From positions 1,312,001 through 1,376,000 of the forward strand of contig CBDATQ010000002.1 in NCBI GenBank assembly GCA_965199955.1: a stretch of DNA of 64,000 nt. The letters are read 5' to 3'. The position numbers and the translations under genes are program-made. Under the pieces are notes generated by a model. That model made no database searches. It had not been told where the DNA came from and saw only the letters and a program-made list of their open reading frames with translations. The stretch's first letter is position 1. Each line of letters begins with the position of its first letter. This DNA is from Spirochaetia bacterium (GTDB taxonomy: Bacteria > Spirochaetota > Spirochaetia > SZUA-6 > Bin103). This document shows positions 49,730 through 59,985 of this stretch, one piece after another.

Positions 49730-49990
49730 ATGGCCATGTACAATCCGACCCATCCGGGCGAGAGCATTCGCGAGGCTATCGTGGCCTCGGAATGGACGGT
49801 GACCGAGGCGGCCAAGCGGCTCGGCGTGGCGCGCAACACGCTTTCGCGGTTGGTGAACGGCCATATCGGCATTTCGCCAGCGATGGCATTGGCTCTGGAG
49901 AGCATCGGTTGGAGCAACGCCGACTTCTGGATGCGCCGGCAGGCCGGCTACGATCTGGCGCAGGCGCGGCGCGCACGGGCGGCAGCGTAG
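49730..49990 (+). CDS. higA: HigA-family antitoxin
   Basis: NPTHPGE, LGVARNTLSRLVNG..GISP.MA. Confidence 0.92.
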   Translation: MAMYNPTHPGESIREAIVASEWTVTEAAKRLGVARNTLSRLVNGHIGISPAMALALESIGWSNADFWMRRQAGYDLAQARRARAAA

Positions 49991-49999
49991 CTCCCGCCC

Positions 50000-50434
50000 C
50001 TACAGGGGCGTGTTTCCCACCTCGGCGATCCACTGCCGGGTCCACTCGACGGCCGGCAGGCCCATGTCGCAGATGCAGCTCGCCAGGAAGATCATCCCCT
50101 CGATGCGGCCCTGGCGGAGCCACTCCAGCCCCCGGACGCACTGCTGCTCCATCAGGTCCACGGGAATCGGCTGTCGGTCGCCGTAGTCCCACAGGTAGCA
50201 GCCCAGCACCTTGCGGGAGCCGGGCGCCAGCTCCTCCAGCCGGCCGAAGCTCTCCTCCTGCGCGGTCAGGTCGCGGGCGTTCCAGGTCCAGAAGTTGACG
50301 ACGTCGCACTGCTCCAGGTGCTCCCGCACCGGACGCTGCAACTGGTGCTGGTAGAGGACGACCCACAGGTCCAGCGGCCGCTCCGCCGAGCGGAGGAGCT
50401 CGCGGAGGCCGCGCAGCTCGTCCGGGGTGTGCAC
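50000..50434 (-). pseudogene. C-terminal fragment of an uncharacterised protein
   Basis: Coding-like ORF (LDLWVVLY, DVVNFWTW, GCYLWDYG) with no credible upstream part. Confidence 0.5.
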
Positions 50435-50524
50435 GGCCGTCTCCGGGCGGCACGCGGGTGGTGTACACCTCCGACCACACCGGCACCAGCCAGGTGTACG
50501 TGGTCGAGATCCCGGAAGCCCTGC

Positions 50525-51140
50525 TCAGTCCCAGGGCCTGAAGCCGATCAGGCGCTGACCCAGCTCGGTCAGCTCGGCCTGCGGCTGCCGCTTCTCGCGG
50601 CCGCGGGGGTCGCCCTGCGGGTTGGCGATCGGCATGCGCTCCTCGTAGGCGTAGCGGCGGGTCTGCATCTCCTGGTCGGCCGGCTGGGCCTTGCGCCACT
50701 CCGGGAACACCTTGTGGAAGCCGGGGATGCAGCGGAACCCGCCCTGGTTGGCAGCGGTATCGGTGAGATAGAGCACGCCCTGCACCTGGAACGGACCGGG
50801 TCCAGGGTGGTGTCGCAGTCCCAGTGGATCCCGGACGGGGCCGACCACTCCGGCAGGTCGGCGCGCGCCGGCGGCATCATGTTGACCCGGTCGTAGGTCA
50901 CCCAGAGCCGCCGCTCGCCGAGCAGCTCGGCGAAGATCTGGTAGATGCGCGGGTGTTGGCGGATGTCCCAGAGCGCCTGATGGTGGTAGAAATCGACGAT
51001 GCCGACGGCGGAGATGGGCGACCGCCAGAAGCCGCCGCCGCGGGGGCGGTACCCGTACCAGGTGCCTTGTCGTCCGGATCCATCTCCAGGAACTCCCAGA
51101 TCGCCGCGATCGCCGAGTCCAGGTTCTCCCGGGGCACGGC
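50525..51140 (-). pseudogene. PhyH-family dioxygenase remnant
   Basis: IHWD, QGVLYLTDTAANQGGFRCIPGFH in several frames; second His region deleted. Confidence 0.8.
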
Positions 51141-51268
51141 ATTGGGGCGCGGTGGTCAGCTTCGCAGCTCCACGCGCCGATCATCCAATGTGAGAACACC
51201 GGTGGACGCCGCCATACGACCCGAAACCGGCCCTCGCAGCATGCCCGCACCCGCGATGGCCGGCGGCG

Positions 51269-52639
51269 GTGACGGTCGCCGTCGCCGCGGCGGTCGTGAT
51301 GGGACTCGCCGTTCCCGCCTGCTACGCACAGGAGCGGGCGGTGCTGTCGTTGCGCGCCGCGGCGGAGCGGGCGCTGGCCGCCAGCGCGCAGCTCCGGGCG
51401 GCGGGGGCGGCCGTGCGCGTCGCCGAGGAGCGGACCCGTGAAGCGCACGGCGGGGTGTTGCCCCAGGTCTCGGCGGAGACCTCCTACGTCGGATCGTTCG
51501 GTGCGCGACCGCCGACCGGCGCCACCGTCCCCGACCATATCGTGGCCGCGTCGCTCCGGGTCGATCAGGCCGTGCTTGATGTTCCCGCGTTCCGGGCCCT
51601 CGATGCCGCCGAGCGGCAACAGCGTCTGCGTGGCGAGGAGCTGCGCGGGGCGGCCCACGCGCTGGTGGACGAGGTGCGGCAGCGCTACTTCGACGCCCTG
51701 CTGGCACGGGAAGAGGAGCGGCTGACCGCGCAGAGCATCGTCCGCCTGCAACAGACCCTGAGCGACACGCAGGCGCGCCACCGCGAGGGTTTCGCGACCG
51801 ACGACGAGTTGCTGCGCCTGCAGGTCCAGTTCGCCAACCTGGAGGTGGAGCTGCAGCGCGTCCGCACCGATTTCGCCGTCGCGCGCGGCACGCTCCTGGT
51901 GGCGATGGGCGAAGACCCCCTGCAGCCCGTGGCGCTGCAGGGTGACCTGGGCGCGCTGCATCTGGCCGCGATGGAGCGCAACGGTCCGGCCAACGCGGAT
52001 CTGCTGGCGGCGTCCGGTGCCGCCCGGCTGGCGGCCGCCGACGAGGAACAGCTCCGGCTGGACGCCATGACCCACCGCTCCGACCTCCGTCAGCTCCGCA
52101 CGATCCACCAGCTCGACGAGCTGCAGATCCGGATTCAGGAAGCCGAGTACCTGCCCACCATCCGCGCCTTCGGGAGCGTCGACGTCAATCCGCGGTGGCA
52201 GGTGTCGGCGTCGGCCGGCGTGGCGCTGCGGTGGCAGCTCTTCGACGGCTTCAGCCGTGACGCGCGGGTCGAGCAGCGCCGGGAGGAGCTGCGCCGGACG
52301 ACCGCCCGCATGCAGCACGCGGAACTGGTGATGCTCAGCCAGGTGCATGCGCATGCGGCGTCGATGCGGGAAGCGAGCGCCCGTGCCGCCAGTCAGGCTC
52401 GTTCGGTCGAGCAGGCGCAGGCCGGCTACGAGATCGCCGTCCTGCGTTTCCGCGCGGGGGTCGGCGCCCAGCTCGACGTGATCGCCGCCGAGTCGGTCCT
52501 GCGCCAGTCGCAGTTCGGTTACGCGCGCGCGGTGTACGATTACCTGTCTGCCGCCTCGCGGCTCGAGGTTGTCACCGGCGTGGTGCCGCTCTCCGATGCC
52601 GCCCTCGGCGGCGCGCGAGTCGGCGCGGGCGAAAGGTGA
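51269..52639 (+). CDS. TolC-family outer-membrane efflux protein
   Basis: Signal-like N-terminus, EVRQRYF, YLPTI, WQLFDGF, RFRAGVG..LDV. Confidence 0.88.
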   Translation: MTVAVAAAVVMGLAVPACYAQERAVLSLRAAAERALAASAQLRAAGAAVRVAEERTREAHGGVLPQVSAETSYVGSFGARPPTGATVPDHIVAASLRVDQAVLDVPAFRALDAAERQQRLRGEELRGAAHALVDEVRQRYFDALLAREEERLTAQSIVRLQQTLSDTQARHREGFATDDELLRLQVQFANLEVELQRVRTDFAVARGTLLVAMGEDPLQPVALQGDLGALHLAAMERNGPANADLLAASGAARLAAADEEQLRLDAMTHRSDLRQLRTIHQLDELQIRIQEAEYLPTIRAFGSVDVNPRWQVSASAGVALRWQLFDGFSRDARVEQRREELRRTTARMQHAELVMLSQVHAHAASMREASARAASQARSVEQAQAGYEIAVLRFRAGVGAQLDVIAAESVLRQSQFGYARAVYDYLSAASRLEVVTGVVPLSDAALGGARVGAGER

Positions 52640-52651
52640 GAACGGGGGCCG

Positions 52652-54670
52652 GTGGCGCAGGACGGAGCCGGTAGCCGCGAAATCCGCGCAGCGCTGGCAG
52701 AGAGCCGCCGGCTGTTCGTGGCGTGCGCGCTGTTCAGCGTAGCCGTGAACGTGCTGATGCTCACCGGCCCGCTGTTCATGCTGCAGATATACGACCGGGT
52801 GCTGGGCTCGCGTTCGCAGGAGACGCTCCTCACGCTGGCCATCCTGGTCGCCTTCCTGTTCCTGCTGATGGGCGTGCTCGATCACGCGCGCGGGCGGGTG
52901 CTGGCCCGCGCCGGCTCGCGCCTGCAGGCACGGCTCGATCCCCGCGTGCTGCGCGCGATCCTGGAGCGCTCGGTGGTGCCGGCCGAGCGCGCGCTGCCGG
53001 CCACCGGGCTGCGCGACCTGGAAGCCATCCAGCGGTTCGGGTCCAGCAATGGCGCGTTCACCTTCTTCGACGCGCCGTGGACACCGGTGTTCCTGTTCGT
53101 GCTGTTCACCTTCCACTGGATGATGGGCGTGCTGGCAGTGTTCTCGGGATGCCTGCTGCTGGTGGTCGCGCTCATCAACCAGGCGCGCACGGGAAAGCTG
53201 CAGGGTGAGGCGGTGGAGGCGACGGCCCGGTCCGAGCACTTCATCGAGCAGGTGCGGGCCGGGGGGGAGACCGTGATGGGCCTCGGCATGCTCGACGCCG
53301 TGCTGTCTCGTTCGGCGGCGCTGCGTAACCGGCTGCTGGACCGGACCTTGGCCACCTCGGACCGCAACGGGCTCTACGGGGTGGTCACCAGGACGCTGCG
53401 CCTGTTCCTGCAATCGATGATGCTGGGGCTGGGGGCATGGCTGGCCCTGCGCGGCGAGCTCACGCCGGGGTTCATGATCGCCGGATCGATCCTGTTGGGC
53501 CGGGCGCTCGCTCCGATCGACCAGGCGGTCGGGCACTGGCCGCGGCTGCAGCGGGCGGTGGTCGCCTGGCGGTCGCTCGGCGCCCTGCTGCGGGACACGC
53601 CCCCGGAGCCGGTGCGGACGGCGCTGCCGGAGCCGCGCGCGGTCCTGGAGGCGCAGAACCTCACGGTCGCCCCGCCCGGCGCGCGGTTCGCGGTGGTGCG
53701 CCAGGCGTCGTTGCGCCTGCAGGCCGGTCAGGCCGCCGGCATCGCCGGTCCGTCCGCTTCGGGAAAATCCACGCTGGCGCGAGCCCTTGCGGGAGTGGTC
53801 CGCCCGCTCGGCGGATCGGTCCGCCTTGACGGGGCGGAGCTGGAGCAGTACGGATCCGCGGTCCTGGGCACGTACATCGGTTACCTGCCGCAGGAGGTCA
53901 CGCTGTTCGACGGCACGGTGGCCGAGAACATCGCCCGGATGGCGCCCCAGCCCGATGACGCGGCGGTCGTCGATGCGGCGAAACGCACCGGGGCACACGA
54001 GATGATTCTCAGGCTGCCCGGCGGCTACGACTTCCAGGTGTCGGCGGGAGGAGCGGCGCTCTCGGGCGGCCAGCGCCAGCGCATCGCGCTGGCGCGTGCG
54101 TTCTACGGATCGCCGGTGGTGGTCATCATGGACGAGCCGGACGCCAACCTCGACGCGGAAGGCACCGTCGCTCTCGCCGGCGCGGTGAAGGGGCACAAGG
54201 CACGCGGCGGCGCGGCGGTGATCGTCGCCCGCCGCCACGGCGCGTTCGCGCAGTGCGACCGGGTTTATCTGATGGAGGCCGGCCGGCCGGTGCCCGCCAG
54301 AGCACGGCGGCAGCCGCCGGCCCGTGCGCGGAAGGCTGCCGGACCGGGAGCGCCGGCGCCGGCACGGGCGCCCGCTCCGACGCCGCCGGACCGCGAACGA
54401 GCAGGCCGGAAACCGCCAGACCGGGACAAACCCGAACCGGACAGACCGAACCGGCCGAAGCCGGTCTTGCACAAACCGCCGGAGCCCGAGAAGTCTGAAG
54501 CCGCTGCGCCACAGCCGGAAGCACCGTCCGTGTCGACGGCGACCTCCGCTTCTCCACCGCCGGAGGCTCAGTCGGAGCGTGACCGGCAGATCGCGGGCGC
54601 CATCGAACGCGTGCGCGGCGCCCGCGTCCCCGAGCCCGACGCCACCGACGCGCCGGCAGGGCCGGGCTGA
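52652..54670 (+). CDS. Type I secretion ABC permease/ATPase (PrtD/AprD-like) with Pro-rich tail
   Basis: MLQIYDRVL, FDAPW.P, MIAGSILLGRALAP, GPSASGKST, LSGGQRQR, DEPDANLD. Confidence 0.92.
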   Translation: MAQDGAGSREIRAALAESRRLFVACALFSVAVNVLMLTGPLFMLQIYDRVLGSRSQETLLTLAILVAFLFLLMGVLDHARGRVLARAGSRLQARLDPRVLRAILERSVVPAERALPATGLRDLEAIQRFGSSNGAFTFFDAPWTPVFLFVLFTFHWMMGVLAVFSGCLLLVVALINQARTGKLQGEAVEATARSEHFIEQVRAGGETVMGLGMLDAVLSRSAALRNRLLDRTLATSDRNGLYGVVTRTLRLFLQSMMLGLGAWLALRGELTPGFMIAGSILLGRALAPIDQAVGHWPRLQRAVVAWRSLGALLRDTPPEPVRTALPEPRAVLEAQNLTVAPPGARFAVVRQASLRLQAGQAAGIAGPSASGKSTLARALAGVVRPLGGSVRLDGAELEQYGSAVLGTYIGYLPQEVTLFDGTVAENIARMAPQPDDAAVVDAAKRTGAHEMILRLPGGYDFQVSAGGAALSGGQRQRIALARAFYGSPVVVIMDEPDANLDAEGTVALAGAVKGHKARGGAAVIVARRHGAFAQCDRVYLMEAGRPVPARARRQPPARARKAAGPGAPAPARAPAPTPPDRERAGRKPPDRDKPEPDRPNRPKPVLHKPPEPEKSEAAAPQPEAPSVSTATSASPPPEAQSERDRQIAGAIERVRGARVPEPDATDAPAGPG

Positions 54671-56022
54671 TGGAGCAGGCATCCGCCCGGTGGTCGTCGG
54701 CGCGCGCTGCGCTGATCCTGGGCTTCGGCGCGCTCATGGTGTTGGTTGGCGGCCTGGTCGGCTGGAGTGTGTTCGCTTCGATCCGGGGCGCCGTGTTCGT
54801 CACCGGCTGGGTGGCGACCGAGGGTCGCAATCAGGTGGTCGAGCACATCGACGGCGGCACGGTCCGGGAGATCAGGGTGCGTGACGGCGACCGCGTCGAA
54901 ACCGGCGAGTTGCTGCTGCGGCTCGATGACGCGCTGCTGCGGTCGGAGGAGGCGATACTGCAGGCGCAACACGCCGAGCTGGTGGCGCGGCGCAACCGCC
55001 TGGAAGCGGAGTTCCGCGATGCAGACCGGGTGGCATGGGACCCGGAGCTGGCCGGTCTGGCGGCGGCCGATTCCCGCTTCCAGGAGATCCTCGCCGGCCA
55101 GGAGCGATTGTTCCGGGCGCGCAACGAGGCGCGCAGCGGTGAGGTGGCGCGGATGCGCGAGCGCATCCGCCAGGCGCGGGAGGAGATCGCCGGCTTCGAG
55201 GCGCAGGCGGCCTCGCTGGTACGCCAGACCGAACTGATCGCCGAAGAGCTCGCGGCCAAGCGGCGGCTGGTCGATCAGGGGGCCATGCAGAGGAGCGTGC
55301 TCCTGGCGCTGGAGCGTACGGTCACGAGCCTGCAAGGGCAGGCGGGGGCCAACGACGCCGCGATCGCTCGCGCCGGCGGCAAGATCGCCGAATACGAAAT
55401 CCTGATTCTGCAGATCGGCGCCAGGCGAATCGAGGAGGCGGAGGAACAGGCGCGTGAGGTGCAGGCGCGGGAGAACGAGGTGTGGGAGGAGCTCGCCTCG
55501 GTGCGGCAGCGCCTGGGCCGCCTGGACGTGCATGCGCCCGTGGCGGGCGAGGTGTTCGGCCTGACCGTGTTCTCCGCCCGCGAGGTGGTGCGCCCGGGCG
55601 AGCCGATCCTGCACATCGTACCTGCCGGCGCGGACCTGGTGGTGAGGGCGCAGCTCGATCCCATCGACGTGGATCAGGTGTATCCGGGCCAGTCGGCCGC
55701 GCTGCGGTTCAGCGCGTTTCCGGCGCGGACGACCTCGGAGTACTCAGGCTCCGTGAAGCGGATTTCTCCGGACGCCGTGCGCGACGCGGACACCGGGCGG
55801 TCGTGGTACCTGCTGGAGGTGGCCATCGGCGGGCCGATCGAGCCCGACGACGCGCCGCTCCCGACCTTCGCAGCTCCGGGCGTGGACCGCTCGTCGGCGG
55901 GTCTGGACCTGACACCGGGCATGCCGGTCGAGGTCCACGTCCAGACCGGGGAGCGTTCGCCGATCAGCTACCTGGCCAAGCCGCTGACCGACTATTTCCT
56001 CCGCTCCCTGCGGGAGGAATGA
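54670..56022 (+). CDS. HlyD-family type I secretion membrane-fusion protein
   Basis: VEHIDGG.V.EI.V.DGD.V, APVAG.V, PGMPVEV..QTGERS..SYL.KP. Confidence 0.93.
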   Translation: MEQASARWSSARAALILGFGALMVLVGGLVGWSVFASIRGAVFVTGWVATEGRNQVVEHIDGGTVREIRVRDGDRVETGELLLRLDDALLRSEEAILQAQHAELVARRNRLEAEFRDADRVAWDPELAGLAAADSRFQEILAGQERLFRARNEARSGEVARMRERIRQAREEIAGFEAQAASLVRQTELIAEELAAKRRLVDQGAMQRSVLLALERTVTSLQGQAGANDAAIARAGGKIAEYEILILQIGARRIEEAEEQAREVQARENEVWEELASVRQRLGRLDVHAPVAGEVFGLTVFSAREVVRPGEPILHIVPAGADLVVRAQLDPIDVDQVYPGQSAALRFSAFPARTTSEYSGSVKRISPDAVRDADTGRSWYLLEVAIGGPIEPDDAPLPTFAAPGVDRSSAGLDLTPGMPVEVHVQTGERSPISYLAKPLTDYFLRSLREE

Positions 56023-56053
56023 ACACGGAATCCGTTCCGGGGAGGGTCCGGTC

Positions 56054-56533
56054 GTGAACGGGGAGTCGCTGGAGATATCGCTCGCGAACGAGCTGCGGGA
56101 GATCGCCGGGGTCGCCGCGAAGATCGACGAGTTCTGCGCGGCACACGACCTCGGGCACACCTCCTACGCGGTCAACCTGGCGATCGACGAGATCCTGACC
56201 AACACCATCGAGTACGGGTACGAGGACGACGAGCGGCACCGGATCGAGGTGATCGTGCGGGTCGAGGAAGGTTCGCTGGTGGTCGTGATCGTGGACGACA
56301 GCCTGCCGTTCGACCTGGGAATCGCCCCGGAACGCGACCTCGACGCGTCCCCGGAAGACACGGTGCTCAGCGGCCTCGGACTGTTCCTGGTGCACCAGAT
56401 GATGGACTCCGTCGACTACCGGCGCGAGGACGGGTGCAACGTCGTCACCCTGATCAAGGACGCCGGCGAAGCCGAACCCGCGCCATCCGACGAGGAGTCC
56501 GTCCCGGGCAGCGCCGGGTTGAACGAAGACTGA
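56054..56533 (+). CDS. RsbW-like anti-sigma factor/serine kinase (HATPase_c-like)
   Basis: LAIDEILTN.I.YG, DD..PFD, GLGLFLV..MMD.V.Y. Confidence 0.88.
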   Translation: MNGESLEISLANELREIAGVAAKIDEFCAAHDLGHTSYAVNLAIDEILTNTIEYGYEDDERHRIEVIVRVEEGSLVVVIVDDSLPFDLGIAPERDLDASPEDTVLSGLGLFLVHQMMDSVDYRREDGCNVVTLIKDAGEAEPAPSDEESVPGSAGLNED

Positions 56534-56561
56534 CGCCTGCCGGGCGCCGGCTCGACCGGGG

Positions 56562-57030
56562 TCAGCCCGGCGCCGCTTCCTGCAGCTCGGCGAGCAGTCG
56601 GTCGCAGATGATATTCATCGCCTCGATGACCTTGGCCGTGATCTTCGCGCCGTATTCGTCCAGGTCGTCGCAGCGCGGGTCCTCGGCCACGTCGTTGTCG
56701 CACTCCGGACGATGATCGACACGATGGTGCTTCCGGGCTCGGGCGGGATCTGCGACAGGTCGACCAGCTCTGGACGCAGCGTCTTCAGGATCGAGGTCTC
56801 CCACTTGCCGGCGTGCTTGTCGTGGAACGGCCGCAGGCGTGTGGAAATGAACGAAGCCGACCGCGGCTCCCGCCACGGAGGCCACGAGCAGGCCGGCAGG
56901 ATCGAACGGAAGATCGACGTTCGCAAGGCGGGCCGCTCCCCATCACCTCGTCCGCGAACTCCGCCTCGCTCACCGGCCAGTTGCACGGAGTCCCGGCGAC
57001 CAGCTCATTATAGAGTCGGACGACCTCGCT
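56562..57030 (-). pseudogene. Fused remnants: GNAT-like N-terminus plus creatininase-like C-terminus
   Basis: RLYNELVAGTP.NWPV..EF..AAVGFVH joined to HAGKWETS.L..LRPELVDLS. Confidence 0.5.
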
Positions 57031-57080
57031 CAGGTCCCGGCCACGAACCGGGCAAGACGAACCTGGCCCGCCATACAGCG

Positions 57081-58196
57081 TCAGTCGCCCGGCAGCGAGT
57101 CGGCGAACAGCCGGATCCAATTGCCGTGCATGATCAGGCGGATGTCGCCGTCGGCGTAGCCGCGGTCCGCGAGGCGCTCGCCGATGCGCTGGAAGTCGGC
57201 GGCCGTGTCGATCTCCTTGGGCGCGCCTTGGCTGCCGCCTTGGCCGTCCGTGTCGCCGCCGATCGCCGCGCAGCGGCTGTGGCCGGCGAGCTGGCAGATG
57301 TGGTCGACGTGGTCGACGTAGTCGTCCAGGGTAATCGTGTCCTTGCGGTAGGGCCGCTGCCGGGTGACGCGGGTCCAGTCGACGCCGGGCCGGTACAGCA
57401 TCCAAGTGTCGATGGGTACGCCGATCACGCCGTCGCGCTCGATGACGCGCATCAGCATGGCGTCCGAGAACTGGCGCTCGCCCGGAACCAGGGCGCGGCA
57501 ACCCTGGTGACTGGCCAGCAACGGCCCGCCGTAGCGGTCGGTCGCCTCCATCACCGACCGGTCGGAGGCGTGCGTCACGTCGAGGATGACGCCCAGTTCC
57601 TCCATCAGGTCGAGGAGCTCGGCGGCGCCGTGCCTCAGCCCGCCCTCGGTGCCGGTGCCGGTGCCGTGCGCGTAGGTGCTGATGCCGTAGTGGGTGAGGC
57701 TCAGCACGCGCACCCCCAGGCCGAACCAGTCGCGCAAGTGCCCGGGGTCCAGCACCGCGTCCGCTCCCTCCATGCCCACGATCGCTCCCACCGGCAGGTC
57801 GCCGGGGATGCAGCCGGCCTCGTCGTGTCGCCGCCACTCCTCGACGTGCGCCTGCCAAGCCGCACGGTCGGCGATGATGCGGATCTCTCCCTGGCGGGCC
57901 AGCGCCTCGTAGAAGGCCAGGCAACCGCGCACCGCCGCGTACGCCTGCGCCGCCATGCGGTGGCCGGGCAGCGGCGCCCCCGGACGGTAGATGCGCCCGC
58001 CGATCTTCACCAAGGCCGCGAACACCCGCCCGCGCCGCATCTCCGGCAGTGAGGTGATGAGCTCGCGGGTCTCGGTCACGTCCTCGCCCGCCAGCCCCAC
58101 CGGCTGCGTGGCCCGCACCTCGGCGATCGGCAGGGTGATGTCGACGTTGTAGGTGTAGGCGGATCCCATCGGGTAGTCGCCGTCGAAGATGAGCAT
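57081..58196 (-). CDS. Membrane dipeptidase family (peptidase M19)
   Basis: VGMEGAD, SLTHYG, LDVTHA, ASH..R.LV...RQ.SD, IGGDTDG, GNW.R. Confidence 0.88.
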   Translation of the reverse strand: MLIFDGDYPMGSAYTYNVDITLPIAEVRATQPVGLAGEDVTETRELITSLPEMRRGRVFAALVKIGGRIYRPGAPLPGHRMAAQAYAAVRGCLAFYEALARQGEIRIIADRAAWQAHVEEWRRHDEAGCIPGDLPVGAIVGMEGADAVLDPGHLRDWFGLGVRVLSLTHYGISTYAHGTGTGTEGGLRHGAAELLDLMEELGVILDVTHASDRSVMEATDRYGGPLLASHQGCRALVPGERQFSDAMLMRVIERDGVIGVPIDTWMLYRPGVDWTRVTRQRPYRKDTITLDDYVDHVDHICQLAGHSRCAAIGGDTDGQGGSQGAPKEIDTAADFQRIGERLADRGYADGDIRLIMHGNWIRLFADSLPGD

Positions 58197-58263
58197 GGCG
58201 CACACGATAGGGCAGGAGGATAGGGGCGGGAAGCGCCAGCGCCGGGTCCGGGTCGGGTATAGA

Positions 58264-59935
58264 ATGCCTGCGTGTCATCTGCGAGTGGAGCGTCCGCTCT
58301 GCCGTCGAGTACGCCAACCCGTGGCGGGAGGTCGATCTGACATTCGTCTTCACCACCCCGGCGGGGCGCGAGCTGCGCGTGCCGGCGTTCTGGGCCGGTG
58401 GCAGGCGGTGGCGCGCGCGCTACTCCTCCGGAGAGACGGGCGAGCACCGGTTCCGCACCGAGTGCTCGGACTCCCGGAACGCCGGCCTGCACGGCCGCAC
58501 CGGCGCGGTGCGAGTGGTCGAGGCCGCTTCGGAGAACCCGCTGTTCCGCCACGGCCCGATCGAGATGGATCCGTCGCGCACGCACCTCCGGCACGCCGAC
58601 GGCACGCCGTTCTTCTGGCTGGCCGACACATGGTGGATGGGCCTCGCCGAGCGGCTGCGCTGGCCGGAGGACGTGCACGGGCTCACCGCCGACCGGTTCG
58701 CCAAAAACTTCACGGTCGTGCAGATCGTCGCCGGCCTGTACCCGGACATGGAGCCGTTCGACGAACGCGGGCGCAACGAGGCCGGCTTCCCCTGGGACGA
58801 GCGCTTCACCCACATCAACCCGGCGTATTTCGATGCCGCCGACCGCCGCATCATGCACCTGGTCGAAGTCGGCATCGTGCCGTGCATCGTCGGCGCTTGG
58901 GGGTTCTTCGTGGATGTCGCCGGCGTGGCGGCGATGCGTGAGCACTGGCGCTACCTGGTCGCCCGCTGGGGCGCCCTGCCGGTGGTGTGGTGCCTGGCGG
59001 GCGAGGCGGGGATGCCGTTCTACACGAGCGAGGAGGGCGCGGCCTATCTGCGGCTGGGGCTGCCGGAGCGCATCCGCTACCGGAATCCCGAGCGCACTCG
59101 GGCGTGGTCGGACATCGCCCGCTCGGTGCGCTCGGTGGACCCGTTCGGCCGGCCGTTCACGGTGCATCCGACCCGCTCCGGGCGCGCCCAGGTCGACGAT
59201 CCGTCGCTGCTGGACTTCGAGATGCTGCAGACCGGACACTTGGGCTTCGCGACGCTCGCGGACACCGTTGACATGATCGAGAGCGCGCGGGCCGTCGAGC
59301 CGCGCCTGCCGCTGCTGGTGGCGGAGGCGAACTACGAGGGCGAGTACGGCTCCAGCCTCGAGGACGTGCAGCGCTACCTGTTCTGGATGTCGATGCTGAG
59401 CGGCGCTATGGGGCACACCTACGGCGCGCACGGCATCTGGCAGGTCAACCGGCCGGACCGGCCGTACGGCCCCTCACCGCACGGGCTGACCTACGGGAGC
59501 CGTACCTGGCAGGAGGCGAGCGAGCTGCCGGGCGCGCGGCAGGTGGGGCTGGCGGCGCGCTTCCTGGCCAGGCTGCCGTGGTGGCGGTTCGAGCCGCATC
59601 CGGAGTGGATGGAGCCGCACCAGGGGCCGGACGACCGCATGGGCGTCTATGCGGCCGGGATCGAGGGGCAGATGGCGGTGCTGTTCGTGCCCATGCACGC
59701 CCTCTGGAAGCTCGCCAACGGTATCGTCACGCTGGGCGCCCTGCACCCGGGCGAAGCGTACGAGGCGATCTACTTCGATCCGATCAGCGGCGCGGAGCGG
59801 CTCGTGCCCGAACGGCTGTTTGCCGGCGCCGACGGCAGGGCGAGGCTGCCCCCGCCTGCCGAGGTGCGCGACTGGGTCCTCCTGGTGCGTCGGGGGGGAC
59901 GCCGAGCCTCGCTGAGCTGCGGTGGGTCCGCGTGA
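58264..59935 (+). CDS. DUF4038/DUF5060 (apiosidase-like) glycoside hydrolase; 5' end frameshifted near 58365
   Basis: YANPW..V, VPAFW.GG..W.ARY, DGTPFFWLADTWW, WCLAGE, EANYE, GHTYGA.GIW. Confidence 0.85.
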
Positions 59936-59985
59936 CGTATTGAACCGGTACGCCGCGTACGGCACCTCGCAGCCGTTGCCGAAGG

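Noticed and set aside
50440..50525. Plus-strand fragment VVYTSDHTGTSQVYVVEIP (TolB/oligogalacturonate-lyase-like C-terminus)
   Set aside because: Under 30 codons, no start; debris
50525..54682. 1385-aa minus-strand ORF, and similar giant ORFs such as 29618-33070 and 60610-63423
   Set aside because: Antisense shadows of real genes in high-GC DNA; only the last part of 50525-54682 is a PhyH remnant
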